Source of the DNA: Malacoraja senta
Lineage: Eukaryota
Assembly (NCBI GenBank): GCA_038087875.1
Contig: JAXLNO010003642.1
Coordinates: forward strand, 186,001 to 250,000
DNA length: 64,000 nucleotides
Direction: 5' to 3'
Every line of letters begins with the position of its first letter. Position 1 is the first letter of the stretch. Position numbers and translations under genes: made by a program. This document shows positions 13,101 through 25,519 of this stretch, in pieces. The notes beneath the pieces are model-generated. The model saw only the letters and a list, made by a program, of their open reading frames with translations, was not told the DNA's origin and did no database searches.

Positions 13101-16035
13101 TATTACAAACATAGGGTGCAAAAGTACTTTAAAAAAAATAAAAAAATTGAGGTCAGGTAAGGGGGGATGATAGTTGAAGAGTTGGTATGTCCTATTTACG
13201 TAATGCTCAAAAAATATATTTTTTTTCTTTTTTTTTTTTTTTCCTCTCTCTCTTTCTCTTTTTTTTCCTAGGGCCTATTTCTTAACTCTTTTTCTTTTGT
13301 TTTTAATTTCGCTCTTATAGGGTCTTCGTCCTTTTTTGTTGTTACATTTTCTACACTTTTCTACACTTTCACTTTTTCCTTCACTTTCTTCTTTCTTTCA
13401 ATCTTTTCCTTTTCTAGTGTAAAAAAATAAATAAAGGGAGTACATTAATTGTAAGAAGATATAAATGACGAGTATTAATGTATGTGGTTGTAATGTAATG
13501 TACTTCTAATAAATAAAAATTAAAAAAAAAAAATTTAAAAAAAAGAAAAAAAAGAAAAAAGAAAAAAAAAAAAAAAGAATTTGTCAAGAAGTAAAAAGCA
13601 ATCTGATCTTTCATAAACTTAATAAAGTTTAAGTCTTGAAGCAAAGTAGCATTAAATCGCCATTGTTTAGCACTAAACTTGGAATCAGGTAGTTTGATCA
13701 ATAGTTTCACTGGTGCATGATCAGAAATAGCAATTGCATCATACTCACATGCAATGACCGATGGAACTAGCCGAGAATCTAGTATAAAATAGTCGATCCT
13801 AGAATAACTATGATATACATGAGAGAAAAATGAAAATTCTTTGTCATTTGCGTGTAAGAATCTCCAAATTTCTAACATTCCCGAGTCAAGTAAAAAAGAA
13901 TTAATAAAATTAGCTGATTTATTTGGAAGCACATGATCAGATGTAGACCTATCAATCGAGGGATTCAAACAGCAATTGAAGTTTCCACCCATTATTAAAA
14001 AGTGTTCATTTAAATTGGGAAAGGATGCAATTAACTGTTTAAAAATCTCAGGGTGATCAATATTTGGTGCATAGACATTCACCATATGACTTTTTGCCTA
14101 TAAAGGACACTGGTAATCACCAAGAATCTGCCATATGGATCAGAAATTGTTTCATGGTGAACAAACGGAATTGAGGAGTCAATAAAAATAGAGACTCCTT
14201 TCACCTTAGCCTGTGAATTTGAATGAAACTGCTGGCCTCTCCAAAACTTGAAAAATCGTGACTTGTCATCTTGCCTTACATGAGTTTCCTGAACAAAGAT
14301 AATCTGAGCATTTAGTCTGTGAAGAACTTTAAAAATAAATTTCCTCTTAATGGGATGGTTCAAGCCATTCACATTTCATGAAAGGAAATTAGTAACTTTA
14401 TCCATATTGCTTGTAAAAAATCATGTGGGATGTAATGGGTTAATTTCTTGAAGCCTAAAAGTTCATAATACTGGAAGAAGAAAAATCTACGGCGGAGCCA
14501 GAAGTGACGATATTTCAGCCAATTTTGTAGTTCAGAAATTGCACAAATGGAGATCACAAAATAGGGAACAAAAGACCCCTCCCCCCTCCCCCCTCCCAGC
14601 CCTGTAGAACCCCAAACTGACCAAAAGACAGTCAGCAAACTACCTAATCCCCTCCCCAATCCCATCTCTCCCAGTAACAGCGCTCAGCATAAAATGAATA
14701 ATATTTAACCACTACGTCATAACACATTTGTTATTATCTCTTTGAGAGAGAGAAGGAAAAAAAATACAGACTGGCATGGAATGCTGCTTATTATTATCCA
14801 AGGTCAAGATATGAAAAACAAGAACTGCGTTCTCTTAGTTTGTCCAACGACAGGGGAACACGAATTAACAAAGAAATTCTTAAAAGAATATATATAAAAG
14901 AAAAACAACACGTCCAGTTAAATTCTTAATCATTATCAAACGAAATGTTGTCAAAATAGGAACAGTAAATCTCCAATTATAACTTAATCAGCTATCAATT
15001 ACTCCCCTTCCTCGTCGTAGCTCTTCAGACGCAGCTGGAGGCGTCTTGAGGACTGTTAAAAAATCGAAAGTTACCATTGAAAAGCCGAATACGCAATCTA
15101 GCTGGTGATAATAAAGCTGGGCGCCGTTTTTCTTATATAAATCAGACATTACATAATAAAACGTCTTTCTTATTTCCAAAAGCTCGTAACTATAATCAGG
15201 GACAAACCGAAACTTACATCCTTCATATTCAACCACACCCAAATTTTTTGCTGCCTGGAGAATATTCTCCTTCATTTGAAAAAAATGAAACCAAATGATC
15301 AAGTGTCTCGGTTTATTACCGGATTTCTTCCCAATCCTGAGTGCGTTATCCATGAACGGAAGGTTTTCATTGTGCTCAATGTTGAATGTTTCCTTTACAT
15401 TTTAGAAGCATATTTTATAACGTTATTTCCTTCTTGGCCTTCCGGCAAACCAACAATTCGTCAATTCAAACGATGGCTTCTGTTTTCTAAGTCCATATTT
15501 TTAGACTTGTATTGCTGAAGTGCTCGAGTGTTTTCATTCATTCTCCGTTCCAATTTTTCAATCTTCAAATCTCTCTCCTGTCCCAGGGTGCACAAGATAT
15601 AAATTTGATCCTTTTGTTCACGAAGTTCATCTTGTAACAAAGACAGTTTTCCTTGGACTTCCTTCAATTTGGTCGAAACTCCTTTCACCATTTCTTCCAA
15701 ACTGCCAAATCTTGATTTCATTTCATTTTTCAGCTCATTTTTCAATTCATCGTTCATTTTCGATATTGCTTCTATGATGCTGGAATCAGAAGCTGCAGCT
15801 GTGGTTGTGGCTTTCCCCGGTTCCTTCTTTGGGGATCCTCCTTTCCTTCTTGTCTCCATCCTTTTCACCATTAAGGCGTGTAAAAGTGTTATCAACACTT
15901 TATGAACAGTTAGACGGTGTCTTGAAGTCAAATAGTCACCAGTAACATTGAACGAGTGGTCAGTGGAAGTTAAAAGTTAAGGGAGCAAACGAGTTTGCAA
16001 CCTTACAGCATGCTGCCACAAGGAGAGTCTAGCTA
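10189..16035 (-). mobile_element. Near full-length L1-clade LINE, frameshifted
   Basis: ORF1 at 15931-14988 (coiled coil, LENRSHR..., HLIIWFH, KFRFVPDY). ORF2 has an APE endonuclease (NxNGLN, FVQETH, VNVYAPN, YSRIDY, SDHAPV; 14372-13590) and RT (KAPGSDG, SLDAEKA, GTRQGCPLSPLLF, LYADD, FTYLGI; ~12960-11300). AATAAA complement at ~10205. Confidence 0.92.
12974..13576 (+). mobile_element. 5'-truncated L1 3' end inserted antisense into the larger L1
   Basis: Encodes an L1 ORF2 C-terminus (APIPTINMW...LHLEEIR...FHLTWSAFIELLQT*), then a pyrimidine-rich 3' UTR, AATAAA and a poly(A) tail. TSD GAATTTGTCAAGAAG at 12959-12973 and 13577-13591. Confidence 0.85.
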
Positions 16036-16559
16036 CTGACATGTTATTGATGTTCATGATTATTCTGTTCTTTGTGCCTGGCCATTTTGACTTTGTCACA
16101 TTTTACTTGGTTTATGATATTGTACAAGATTTGCAATCACACCTCCCAATTGACTAAAATTATCCCAATTAACTAAATGCCTACTATGGCATTTAAATTA
16201 TTGCATTATATTCAGTGCAGGGTAGAAGCTGCAGTTTTTAAAAAGGGCAAGTTTTTATTACATACTATGTGGTGTGTGCCTGGAAAGCACTGCCAGGGAT
16301 GGTGGCGTCTGGGGTGCACCTTCGTGGGTGCATGGAGATGCAGGGGTTTGAGGGACATGAATCATTTGCAGGCAGATGCTGCCGAACTGGTGTCTGTCCG
16401 ACTGATCTGGAGGGATCTGATGGTCAGGCAGGGAATATTTCCAGTGACCCAATGGTGCTGAGTTCGTTGAATTTTACAGTGAATGGGAATGCCCCTGTAA
16501 TAGAGGAACAGGTCCTTTGTCCAACAACGTTTGTGCTGAACATGACGCAACCTGAGGCA

Positions 16560-16790
16560 GAGTGGCGCTGCTGATAGAGCTGCTGCCTCAGTGCGTCATA
16601 CACATCAGTTCAATCCTAACCTCGCTTGTCGGCTGTGTGAAGTTTGCATGTATTCCCTATGACCGCATGGGTTTCCACTGTCCTCCAGTTTTCACACACT
16701 TACTAAAGATACCAGGTTTTATGGGTTAATTGGTCTCTGTAATTTGACCCTAGTGTGGAAGCGAAAGTTAGATAACATAGAACTTGTGTG
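16560..16790 (+). mobile_element. tRNA-head SINE
   Basis: agtggcgctgctgatagagctgctgcc...gaagtttgcatgtattcc...gggttaattgg. Confidence 0.6.
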
Positions 16791-16824
16791 AACGAAACTA
16801 TTTGAAGGAGTATTGAGTTTTTTG

Positions 16825-17065
16825 TTTAGTTTAGAGAGAGAGCATTGAAACAGACACGTCGGCCCCACTGAGTCCGCACCAACCAACGATCACCCACATA
16901 AGCTAGGGACACAAGTCAATTAACCTACAAACCTGCACATCTGTCTTTGGAATGTGGGAGGAAACTGGAGCACCTGGAGAAAACCTATGCAGTCACAGGG
17001 AGAAGGTACAAATTCCGTACAGACATCACCCGTGGTCAGGATCAAACCCAGGTGTCTGGCGCTGT
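16825..17065 (-). mobile_element. tRNA-head SINE
   Basis: (gttta)n tail, caaacctgcacatc, and gggagaaggtacaaattccgtacagac. Confidence 0.6.
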
Positions 17066-17959
17066 GCCTTTATATCTGGAAGGAAGATGTTATGTGGGAT
17101 GAATCAACAGTTAAAGCGAATAAACTAGTTGCATCTTTCTGAGTTCTGTTCTCTGCTATGCCATTTCTTTGTTGTCTAATATTTAATTTCCCTCCTCAGA
17201 TTATCAAAATATTCAACCAAAGCAGAACGTGCACTGCTAACCAATCGCTGAGTAGAAGATTTCATGGATGTGATTAAAACGCAGGAACTGAAATAAATGG
17301 AAAGATTTAAATTAAGTTTATCAAACATGACAGAAATTCTCAATAGACTGCCCTGCATTTATACAAATTAGAGCTATCTAGCAATTTATGTTGATAACAG
17401 CTGATATGACTGAGGCCTCAATTCCTTTACTGTGCTTATTCCACATAAGACACAATTCCCTGTTCTTTTAGAATATATCCACGCATTATCCATCAATTCA
17501 CCACCACATCATGCCTCTTTAATACATTCATAAGGTTAACTCTGTTTCTTGTCATCTCCAAGGGACACAGAACCAGTGATTTCAGCCATTCATGGTTAGG
17601 CAACACTTGCTTATTCCAGAAATCTCTTCTAGCTGATATCCAATATTAATATATCCTTTCTTAAATTTGAGGACCAAGCTGTGCACAGTGCTCCTGATTT
17701 GTCCTTAGCAACATCTTGTACCATAATTACAATAGTAACCTACCTTTGAATGTTAATCACCTTCTGAGTTGTGTGCTGCATCTACCTGCTGGCTTTTTGT
17801 TTTGCACTTTAAGCACTTGAATCTCTTGTACTCCACTCATTTGCAATCTCACTCCATTTAGATAATAGCTTCCTTTGAATTGCTCTTACCAAAGTGTGTG
17901 AGCACATATTTTCCATTATTAAACTCCATTTGCCATGTTTATGTTCATCTAACAAAGAG

Positions 17960-18504
17960 TCATGGAGCCATATAGCATGGAAGTAGGTACTTCAGCTCTA
18001 ATGCTCCAAGCTGAACAAGATGCTACATTTAGGTTAGTCACATTTGCCAGCGTTTGGCCCACGTTCCTCTCAACATGTTCTATCCATGTACCTGTCCAAG
18101 TGTTTTTTCAATGTTGTTATTCTGCCTTCGCTGGCAGCTCATTCCATACACCCAGTAACCTCTTAGTAGAAAAGGTTGCCTCTCAGGTTCCTACTAAATC
18201 TTCCTCCTCACCTTAAACCCAGGGGTGCAGTGCTGCCGGAGCTCACCTGAGCACCGATCCGGCACCTCTGTTAAAGAAAAAATAAACAGCGTGGAATTTT
18301 AACTAGCGGATGTGTGGTCGGGGTAACCTGATTAAAAGAGGGGTAAGGGGAAGATCCATCACTACTGAGGTTCCCTATAGGAGGAGGGGAACACTATGAT
18401 GCAGCAGAGACAGACCATGTGATGTGTGCATCGTTTGTGGTTGTGGGCCTGGAGCTGAGCCTGGAACTCTGGTGGGTGGGTGAGTGAATGGGTGTGAGGG
18501 TGAG

Positions 18505-18538
<34 letters not shown>

Positions 18539-18950
18539 GGCCCAGAGCTGCAGGATAGTCAGGGCGAGTCGGTGTCTTGCCGGCACCTCTGTAAAAATAC
18601 ATGAGAACCGTATTTTTCTTTACTTGCTTCATAATTATATTTCATGATAATCAGTGAGTGCAACCGTGCAATATTTTGTCATAATTAAATTAAGTATTAT
18701 ATGTTTTAATGTACTAGCTATACACTGGGATGTAGTAATAGGCTATAATCTTGTTTGACCCTCTAGGGAGACTAGCTTGCCCCCCCCGCCAGCAAAATCT
18801 GAAATGCCCGTTTGACAGCTCCGACACCTAAAAAATTAGCATTGAACACTGCTTAAACCTGTTTTTGCTGGTTCTTGATTATCCTACCCTGGGTAAAATA
18901 AATCCTGATCAATCGCCCTCATGATTTTAGAAAGCTCTCTAAGCTCCAAT
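17960..18950 (-). mobile_element. CR1 3' fragment, split by the hAT MITE at 18220-18851
   Basis: ggcagctcattccatacaccc...ccttaaacc, resuming after the MITE as cttaaacctg...ctggttcttga. Confidence 0.5.
18220..18851. mobile_element. hAT-type MITE (632 bp)
   Basis: 8-bp TSD CTTAAACC at 18212-18219 and 18852-18859. CAG...CTG termini and repeated subterminal CCGGCACCTCTG motifs. Contains a (GT)n microsatellite. Confidence 0.75.
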
Positions 18951-21798
18951 TAAATGGTTTCAATTATAGATAGAGTAAGACTTTGTGGTTATTTCCAACA
19001 AGAATTTTAGACTAAAGAAAGGCCAGTGGAAGTACTTGGTCAAACAGCATCTGTGGAGGCAACTGACATATACCAACATTTCAAGGCAAGGCACTGCATT
19101 AGAATTGAAGGAGAGGATGGGAAGATTCTAACAGTTTGAAGGAGGAATGGGGCAGAGGCTGGTAAGTGGCAGGTGGAATCAGCAGGGGAGGGGATGATGG
19201 GCAGATGGAGCAAAGTTGGTGTATGGGTGGTTGTGGGAGAACAAATGAACACCAGTGGTGTGGATAAGCTGAAATGTGAAAACTTTATATTCATACCATC
19301 GGCTTGTAAGTTACCCAGGTGGATTATCAGATATTTTACTTAAAACTTTCTGTGCCCAAGGTTAACGACAGATGGGTCAGTGTGAGAGTGGGAAAGGGTA
19401 TTAAATACGATACAACAGATCTCAGGATGATCTTTACTTCAAAGGGATGTGCTCTACAAAATGGTTGACATCTAAGCTAGTTTCTCCACAGTGTGAGCAA
19501 TGATTGCAGTAGAGAAAGTTGAAAGAGGTGCAAGTGAACCTCTGTCTCATTTGAACAGTTTATTCTCCTGTTGTTCACCTCTTCCTCCTCTCCTACCTGT
19601 TTCCATCTATCCATTATCCTCTCCCCACCTGGTTCTACGTTTGATCTACCAGCCTCTGTCCTATACCTCCCTGATTGCTATATATTGGCAATCCATCCTC
19701 TTCCCTAACAGGCCTGGCGCAGGTTCTTGACCCTATTTGTGACATCAACCATTTGTCCCAATAACTTGCTTGAGCCATTGAATGCTTTCAGTCTTCTGTT
19801 TTTAGTTGCAGATTCCATTAGCTACAGTCATTATTGGATAGAATGTATTTTGTTTTAACACTGCATTTAGTCTGAGACACAGCACCAATAAATGTTGTTA
19901 CATAACACTTGGTTATTTGATGATGTCAAAAGTCTTGATTGTTTGTACTTTGTACATTTCTAATCTAATGCAAAGAATTTATCATCCATATGAATATAAA
20001 ATTATCCACGGTGACTGGTGGTAGAGATCAAGTTCATTTTATGTGGCTCATTTGGTACAAGTTCTGCTCTTGAGATTTCACCTAATAATAGTTGCCTGTA
20101 GAATGTGCTTGATGAATGGACCATTGAGTATAAGATTTTTGGAAATAGATTGGCATGAAATCCAAGTAAACACATTGGATTGCACCCTGTTTTATAGTGG
20201 CTTCATGTTGCGAAGTAAAGGCAAGATATATGGAATGTGCAAGATATAATATGAAAGATATAATATGCAAGGCGCAAAATTAAATTGTTGTTAAGAAAAT
20301 GTAAGGCCTCCATTTATTTGCAACAGCATCAATCACAGTTATCTTACGTCAAAGTTGATTTTGTATTTTTTAAAGAATGAATGGGAACAAAATGATCAAA
20401 AATGAATTGGCAGTCAAAGTAATACAAGGTTGTAGAGGAGACAAGTGTGTAGGAACAGGCCACTCTGCCGATCCTGCCAATACTGGCGAATATAGTCCAC
20501 ATGAGCCTCTTCCCACCTTATGCGATCTGCAACATGGTTGGCAAGTCTGTGCTGGATTCTCCAATGTAGAACCGACTGTTCTTTTCTCTTTTGTGTTTGC
20601 CCAGCCTTCCCCTAAATGCAATTCATTGATCTGGATCCTCATTCTCACCAGTATTGGGTGGGAGGGGAGGAGAGGGAGCATTCTCTGTAGAATTCCCTGC
20701 TGGATTTTATGGTGGAAATGTTTTCACCATAGTGATTCATTTAAAAGCTTTATGTATTTTAATATCACCCTTCAGCCACTTCTCAAAGCGGTGGAGGGCA
20801 GGGTGTGAACGACTTACCCAGGGACATTCGATGACCGTGTTTTGTTTATTTTATCCAAACATTTTTTAATATAAATTAATATAGTATTATTTTTTTGTAT
20901 CTTGGGTAAGCACATTGAAATAGCAATGGATGGCGTGTTCAGAAAATTATTTCTGATTTGTCCTCGCTTTGTGAACACCAAACCAATGTATGCATCTGTC
21001 TTATCTGCAAAAAGGCATTGGCACCAGGGTCTAGGTTCCTTTTAAGCATCCCAGTTATCATGTTCTTCGATGCAGAGGAAATGTGGCCACGATAAATACA
21101 AAAATGTTGAAATGCAGAATATAAAAGTAATAGGAATTCAGGCATTTGAGCCTCAACTATTATTCCATGTGATCAATTGTGACCTAAAATGTATACCTTG
21201 ATCCTTTTATTTCTCTGATCCTTTGACCATACAAATAACATATAACTCCTTGTATAAATTCAATGATCTGTGTTCAACTGCTTCCAGTGGTGTAACATTC
21301 CACACCTTCATCATTCTGTGCGAGAAGTAATCGCTCTTCATCTCAACTTGAAGCCTTATCATCAGATTGTGACCACTGGGTCCTGAACTGACCGGATTTC
21401 CCTCTTGAATATATGTATACGTACATATATACACATATATATGTGTGTGTGTGTGTATAAATATATATATGTGCACACTGATTTTGTTTTTCTCTTTCTC
21501 GTTTTTCATATTGTTTACCATGTACTATGTTTACATATTCCATTGTGCTGCAGCGAGTAAGAATTTCATTGTACTATCTGGGACATATGACAATAAAACA
21601 CTCTTGACTCTCTTGAATCTGTACAGACCCATAAGAATGTTGTAGTTGATTTTGAATGGTTCTAATCACAATGTAAAACTAATCGCCCAAATCGCCCTTC
21701 ATACATTAGTCCTCCCATCCCTGAAATCTGATGAACCTTCACAGCACTCCCTCCATAACAAGAACATTCTTCCTAAGATCAGGAGACTAAAACTGCAG

Positions 21799-22604
21799 AT
21801 GCCATGGTCTTGGCAAGCACATTTCTCAGAAAAACATGATGTATCTTTAGAAAGGGATAAGGAGGAATCTCAAGAGTCAGAGGGAGGAACATATTAAGTT
21901 CTTGGAGCTGAACTGAACTGAACTGAACTTTATTTATAGAGCACTTTAAAAACAACCACTGTTGCAACAAAGTGCTGTACATGACTAATCATAAACATAA
22001 AACAAAACAATAAAAACATTAGACAGTAAAAACAATAAAAAACAATAGAAACACTAAAACAGGAGCAAAGTCTCATGCAGGGTCAAAAGCCAAGGAATAG
22101 AAAAAGGTTTTAAGACTAGTTTTGAAAATGGACAGTGAAGGGGCCTGTCTAATGTGCAAAGGTAGAGTGTTCCATAATGTTGGAGCAGCAACAGAGAAGG
22201 TTCTATCCCCTCTGAGCTTCCGCTTAGACCTCGGTACCTCCAGGAGCAGCTGATCAGCTGACCTGAGGCACCGAGCAGGAGCGTAGGGATGAAGCAGCTC
22301 AGAGAGGTAAGGCGGGGCGAGACCATTTAAAGATTTAAAAACAAATAAAAGAATCTTAAAATGAACTCTAAAGTACACAGGCAGCCAGTGGAGGGAGGCC
22401 AGAATAGGCGTTATGTGCTCCCTCTTACGAGCTCTGGAAAATTATCAATCTTTGAATGGAAGAATGGATAGGGAGGCTGCTCAATTTGCTGGAGGGTTTG
22501 AGAGCGGACAAGGAATTCTATGCAACGTGCGTTTGGAATTTCAAGTGTATGGCATGTCGGTGTTGTGTAGTTGGGTTCATTATGCCCTTAATGCACTGGA
22601 AAAG
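21799..22604 (+). pseudogene. Possible decayed MHC class I/CD1-like alpha2 exon of gene B, interrupted by an L2
   Basis: Left part reads STFLRKT*C...GRNILS, compared with HTLQRMxGC...GxDFxS. With the L2 removed it reads FLELENYQ...EAAQF...GQGILCNVRLEFQVYGMSVLCSWVHYALNALEK, followed by GT at 22605. It contains stops and a frameshift. Alignment by eye only. Confidence 0.38.
21908..22437 (-). mobile_element. L2-clade LINE 3' end
   Basis: Reads RARKREHITPILASLHWLPVYFRVHFKILL...GLAPPYLSELL...GDRTFSVAAPTLWNTLP...FKTSLKT, then a 3' UTR with AATAAA and a (TTCAG)n tail. Confidence 0.9.
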
Positions 22605-24129
22605 GTAAACGGGGTTTTCACCTAAGATTAAATTTTCTGCTAACAGCACTTTATGGTAAGCAAGTAGGCTGGCTTTGGGAAACAATTAGATGATTGAGGG
22701 CTCACTTAGAATAACTGGGAAATTATGGAGCAGCCTACAAGGATATTTAGTGTAGCTAAAGGATAAGTTAAACCTTTCTTTTCTCCGAGACATGCAAGAA
22801 TAGCTCGGTGCTTGATTTAATGCAGAACCTTTGAAGGACAGTGGCTGGGCCTGCAAGATCTCTATACCAGCCATCATAAAAAGGAGTCTCCAATGGGCAG
22901 AAGACTGTGAGACTTGATGGTATTTGCTACGGCTTCTATCATTTAACACATTGAGCTGAAAACCATGAGATTCGTTGCTTTTTTAATGCTTTGTCTTGTA
23001 ATTTGATGTAATAAAGATAGTAATTTGTACCCCTGCAATTTTCTTTCTCCGTTCATTGATCCGAATCCTATTTATGTTTCATTACAAAGAGAGAATTGGA
23101 TAAACTAATTGTGAGCAAAAACATGCAAAACTACAGTCGAAGGGCTGGGGTTGAACAAGTGATTTTCTCCAGTAGAGAGGTGGCATTGGCCTGATAGGAT
23201 GAATGGTCCCCATCAGCACAGTAAACATTTAAATGATCCATTGATTTGTATTTATCATTGTATATCAAATAAACTTAGGGTTACGGAAGGAGAAATATTT
23301 TGGCCTGTTTATATGGTGCAAAATAAGCCACCCCAGAACAATAAATAGTTGTGAATTTACACTTAATATTACCTGTCACTGAAGCAGAGTGCAGAGGTTC
23401 TCAAATTCATTTAAGAAATAGTATTAAGGCGACTGTATAGAAAATGGTGGGTATTGCTTGGCAGCAAGATGGGAGTAGTATTGTAGTGGTAGTGATGAGG
23501 TGCTTTGGTGGCAATGATCATAATTTAGCATGATTAATGTAGAAATGTGCACTAGGAACGCAGGTTTGCAGCTGAGGTGAAAACATTTCCAAGACTGCAA
23601 CATAATTTAACAGAAATGTAATACAAAATGTAATAAAATAGGGCAAATGAATGGTAACAGTTAACAGATTTCTGGGGATACTAGAAACTGCAGATGTTGG
23701 ATCGTTGAGCAAAACTGTTGGAGGAACACAGTGGGTCAGGCAACATCTGTGGGATGGAATGAACCAACGACCAATTTCAGGCTGGAACTCTTGGTCAGAC
23801 TGGTGACTTCAAAACGTTGTCAGTCGATTCCCACCACAGATGCTGCCTGACACACTGAATTCTTCATGCACTTTGTTTTTAACACACCAGCTGGAAAGAG
23901 TCCAGAGTAGATTTACATGGAGACTTGATAGTGGCATTTGGAGTCTTTAGAAAGGCATAGATATGCAGGGAAAGGATGGATATGGAACATGTGTTGGTGG
24001 AGGAGATTAGTTCAACTTGGCATCACGTTCAGAACAGAAGGTGTGGGCCCAAGGGTCTGTTCCTATGCTGAACTGTTCTGCAAGTCAGTGAGTGTATGTT
24101 CAGGGAGGGTGAGGTTGAGAAGACTCTGA

Positions 24130-24525
24130 TTTCATTCCTTAGAGTGCAGGAGGATGGGGTGATCTGAAAGAGGTTTACAAAATTATGAGATCAATCAATC
24201 AGGTAAATGCGCATGAGTTTTTTGCCCACAATAGGGGACTCGAGAACCAGAGGGTATAGGTTTACGGTGAGAGGGGGGTGAGTGGGGAGATTTAATAGGA
24301 ACATGGGAGGTAACATTTTTACACAAAGAGTGGTGGGTATATGGAACGAGCTGCCAGAGGAGGAGATTGAGACAGGTACTATCATAACAATAAACAGACA
24401 ATGGACAGGTACATGCATAGGATAGGTTTAGAGGGTTATGAGCCAAGCGTGGGGAGTTGGGACTAATGTAGATGGGGCATGCTGTGCCGAAAAGCCCGTT
24501 TCAACGCAGTGTGATTCGATGACTC
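24130..24525 (+). mobile_element. CR1 3' fragment
   Basis: gatctgaaagaggtttacaaaattatg...ttttacacaaagagtggtgggtatatggaacgagctgccagagg. Confidence 0.6.
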
Positions 24526-24725
24526 AATCCCACTTTGGCACCTTACACATCATACTAGGGGCAATTTACAGGGGGCAATTAACCGATAAACCTGCGCGAG
24601 TTTGGAATGTGGGTGGAGACCAGCGCCCGGAGAAAACCCACGTACGACGTTCACACAGACAGCGTCCGTAGTCGGGATCAAACCCGGGTCTCTGATGCTG
24701 CGAGGCATCCGTTCGACTGCTGCGA
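24525..24725 (-). mobile_element. tRNA-head SINE
   Basis: ggggcaatttacag...cccggagaaaacccacg...gtagtcgggatcaaacccgggtctctg. Confidence 0.6.
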
Positions 24726-25519
24726 ATTTTGTTTGTATTTTCTGATTTAAATCAAGGATTTTACTTCGGAGTCACGTGAGTGACTACGTGAAGAAGACCC
24801 CGTCCAGCCGCGTGCGCGTCATTACGTCAGACGCATGGTGCAGCGCTTCTCCAGCGGTAAGTTTAAAACCTCGGGGTAAGTGCTCAACTTAGTTGGAGGT
24901 TGCTTTTTGGTGGAAACGCTTGTTTTTCAGAGCGAGATCAACATGCAGAAAGCTTCTAAGGTGAAGGCGAGGCGACCCGCTGCTAAAAGCTTGGAAGACC
25001 GCGGGAGTGCGGGTAGCGGGTGCCCATCTAGTTCACCTGTACCATCATTAGCAGGGGGGTTAGCGACTGCAGACACGTTGCCTGTGAGCACCGTCACCGT
25101 GCCGTTGGGGCGTAAGGCTACTTCTAAGTCTGCTAGACCCATTGACGGGCCAGGAGGATTCACCTCCGCAAAGGTCTTAGGTCTTCTGTGCAGTGCACAT
25201 TTTGAAGTGAACTGTTTGAGGAAAAAGTGCCACACGCCCTAATTCACCCTAAATTTGCAGCGCAGTGCAAGCCCAGCAATGTTCAACTGCCAAATCTGCT
25301 GTTTGGGGAGGACCTCGCTAAGCTCGATGATGAGGCTAAGACAGTGGGGTTAATCAAAGCGCTGATGGGCAGCAAAATGGTTCGGAGGCAGTTCCCCTAC
25401 CGACGGGGTGCAATGACTGGGGCTGGTGAAGGAACGAGCCGTTCATTCCCGAATATGCGCAGCTGGCGCCCTGCTACAGGCACACGGGCAAACATGAATT
25501 TTCCCATGAGGAACCGGGG

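Noticed and set aside
16041-16160. Signal-peptide-like mini ORF (MLLMFMIILFFVPGHFD...) as the leader exon of gene B
   Set aside because: There is no convincing phase-1 donor, it abuts the L1 5' end, and T-rich DNA readily gives hydrophobic peptides.
17185-17265. Exon-like DYQNIQPKQNVHC* after a good acceptor, as the gene A cytoplasmic exon
   Set aside because: It needs phase 1 but the TM donor is phase 0, and it lies 10 kb away beyond the L1.
20330-20430. WEQNDQK*IG as an alpha1 helix remnant
   Set aside because: It is too short, contains a stop, and the upstream alpha1 strands are absent at the right spacing.
21020-21095. PGSRF...VIMFFDAEEMWPR as an alpha1 remnant
   Set aside because: The spacing is inconsistent with alpha1, it ends in a stop, and there are no splice sites.
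22871-22960. SLQWAEDCE / LDGICYGFYH as a second alpha2 start
   Set aside because: It needs a frameshift and stops within a few codons, and the rest of the domain is absent, so it is probably chance.
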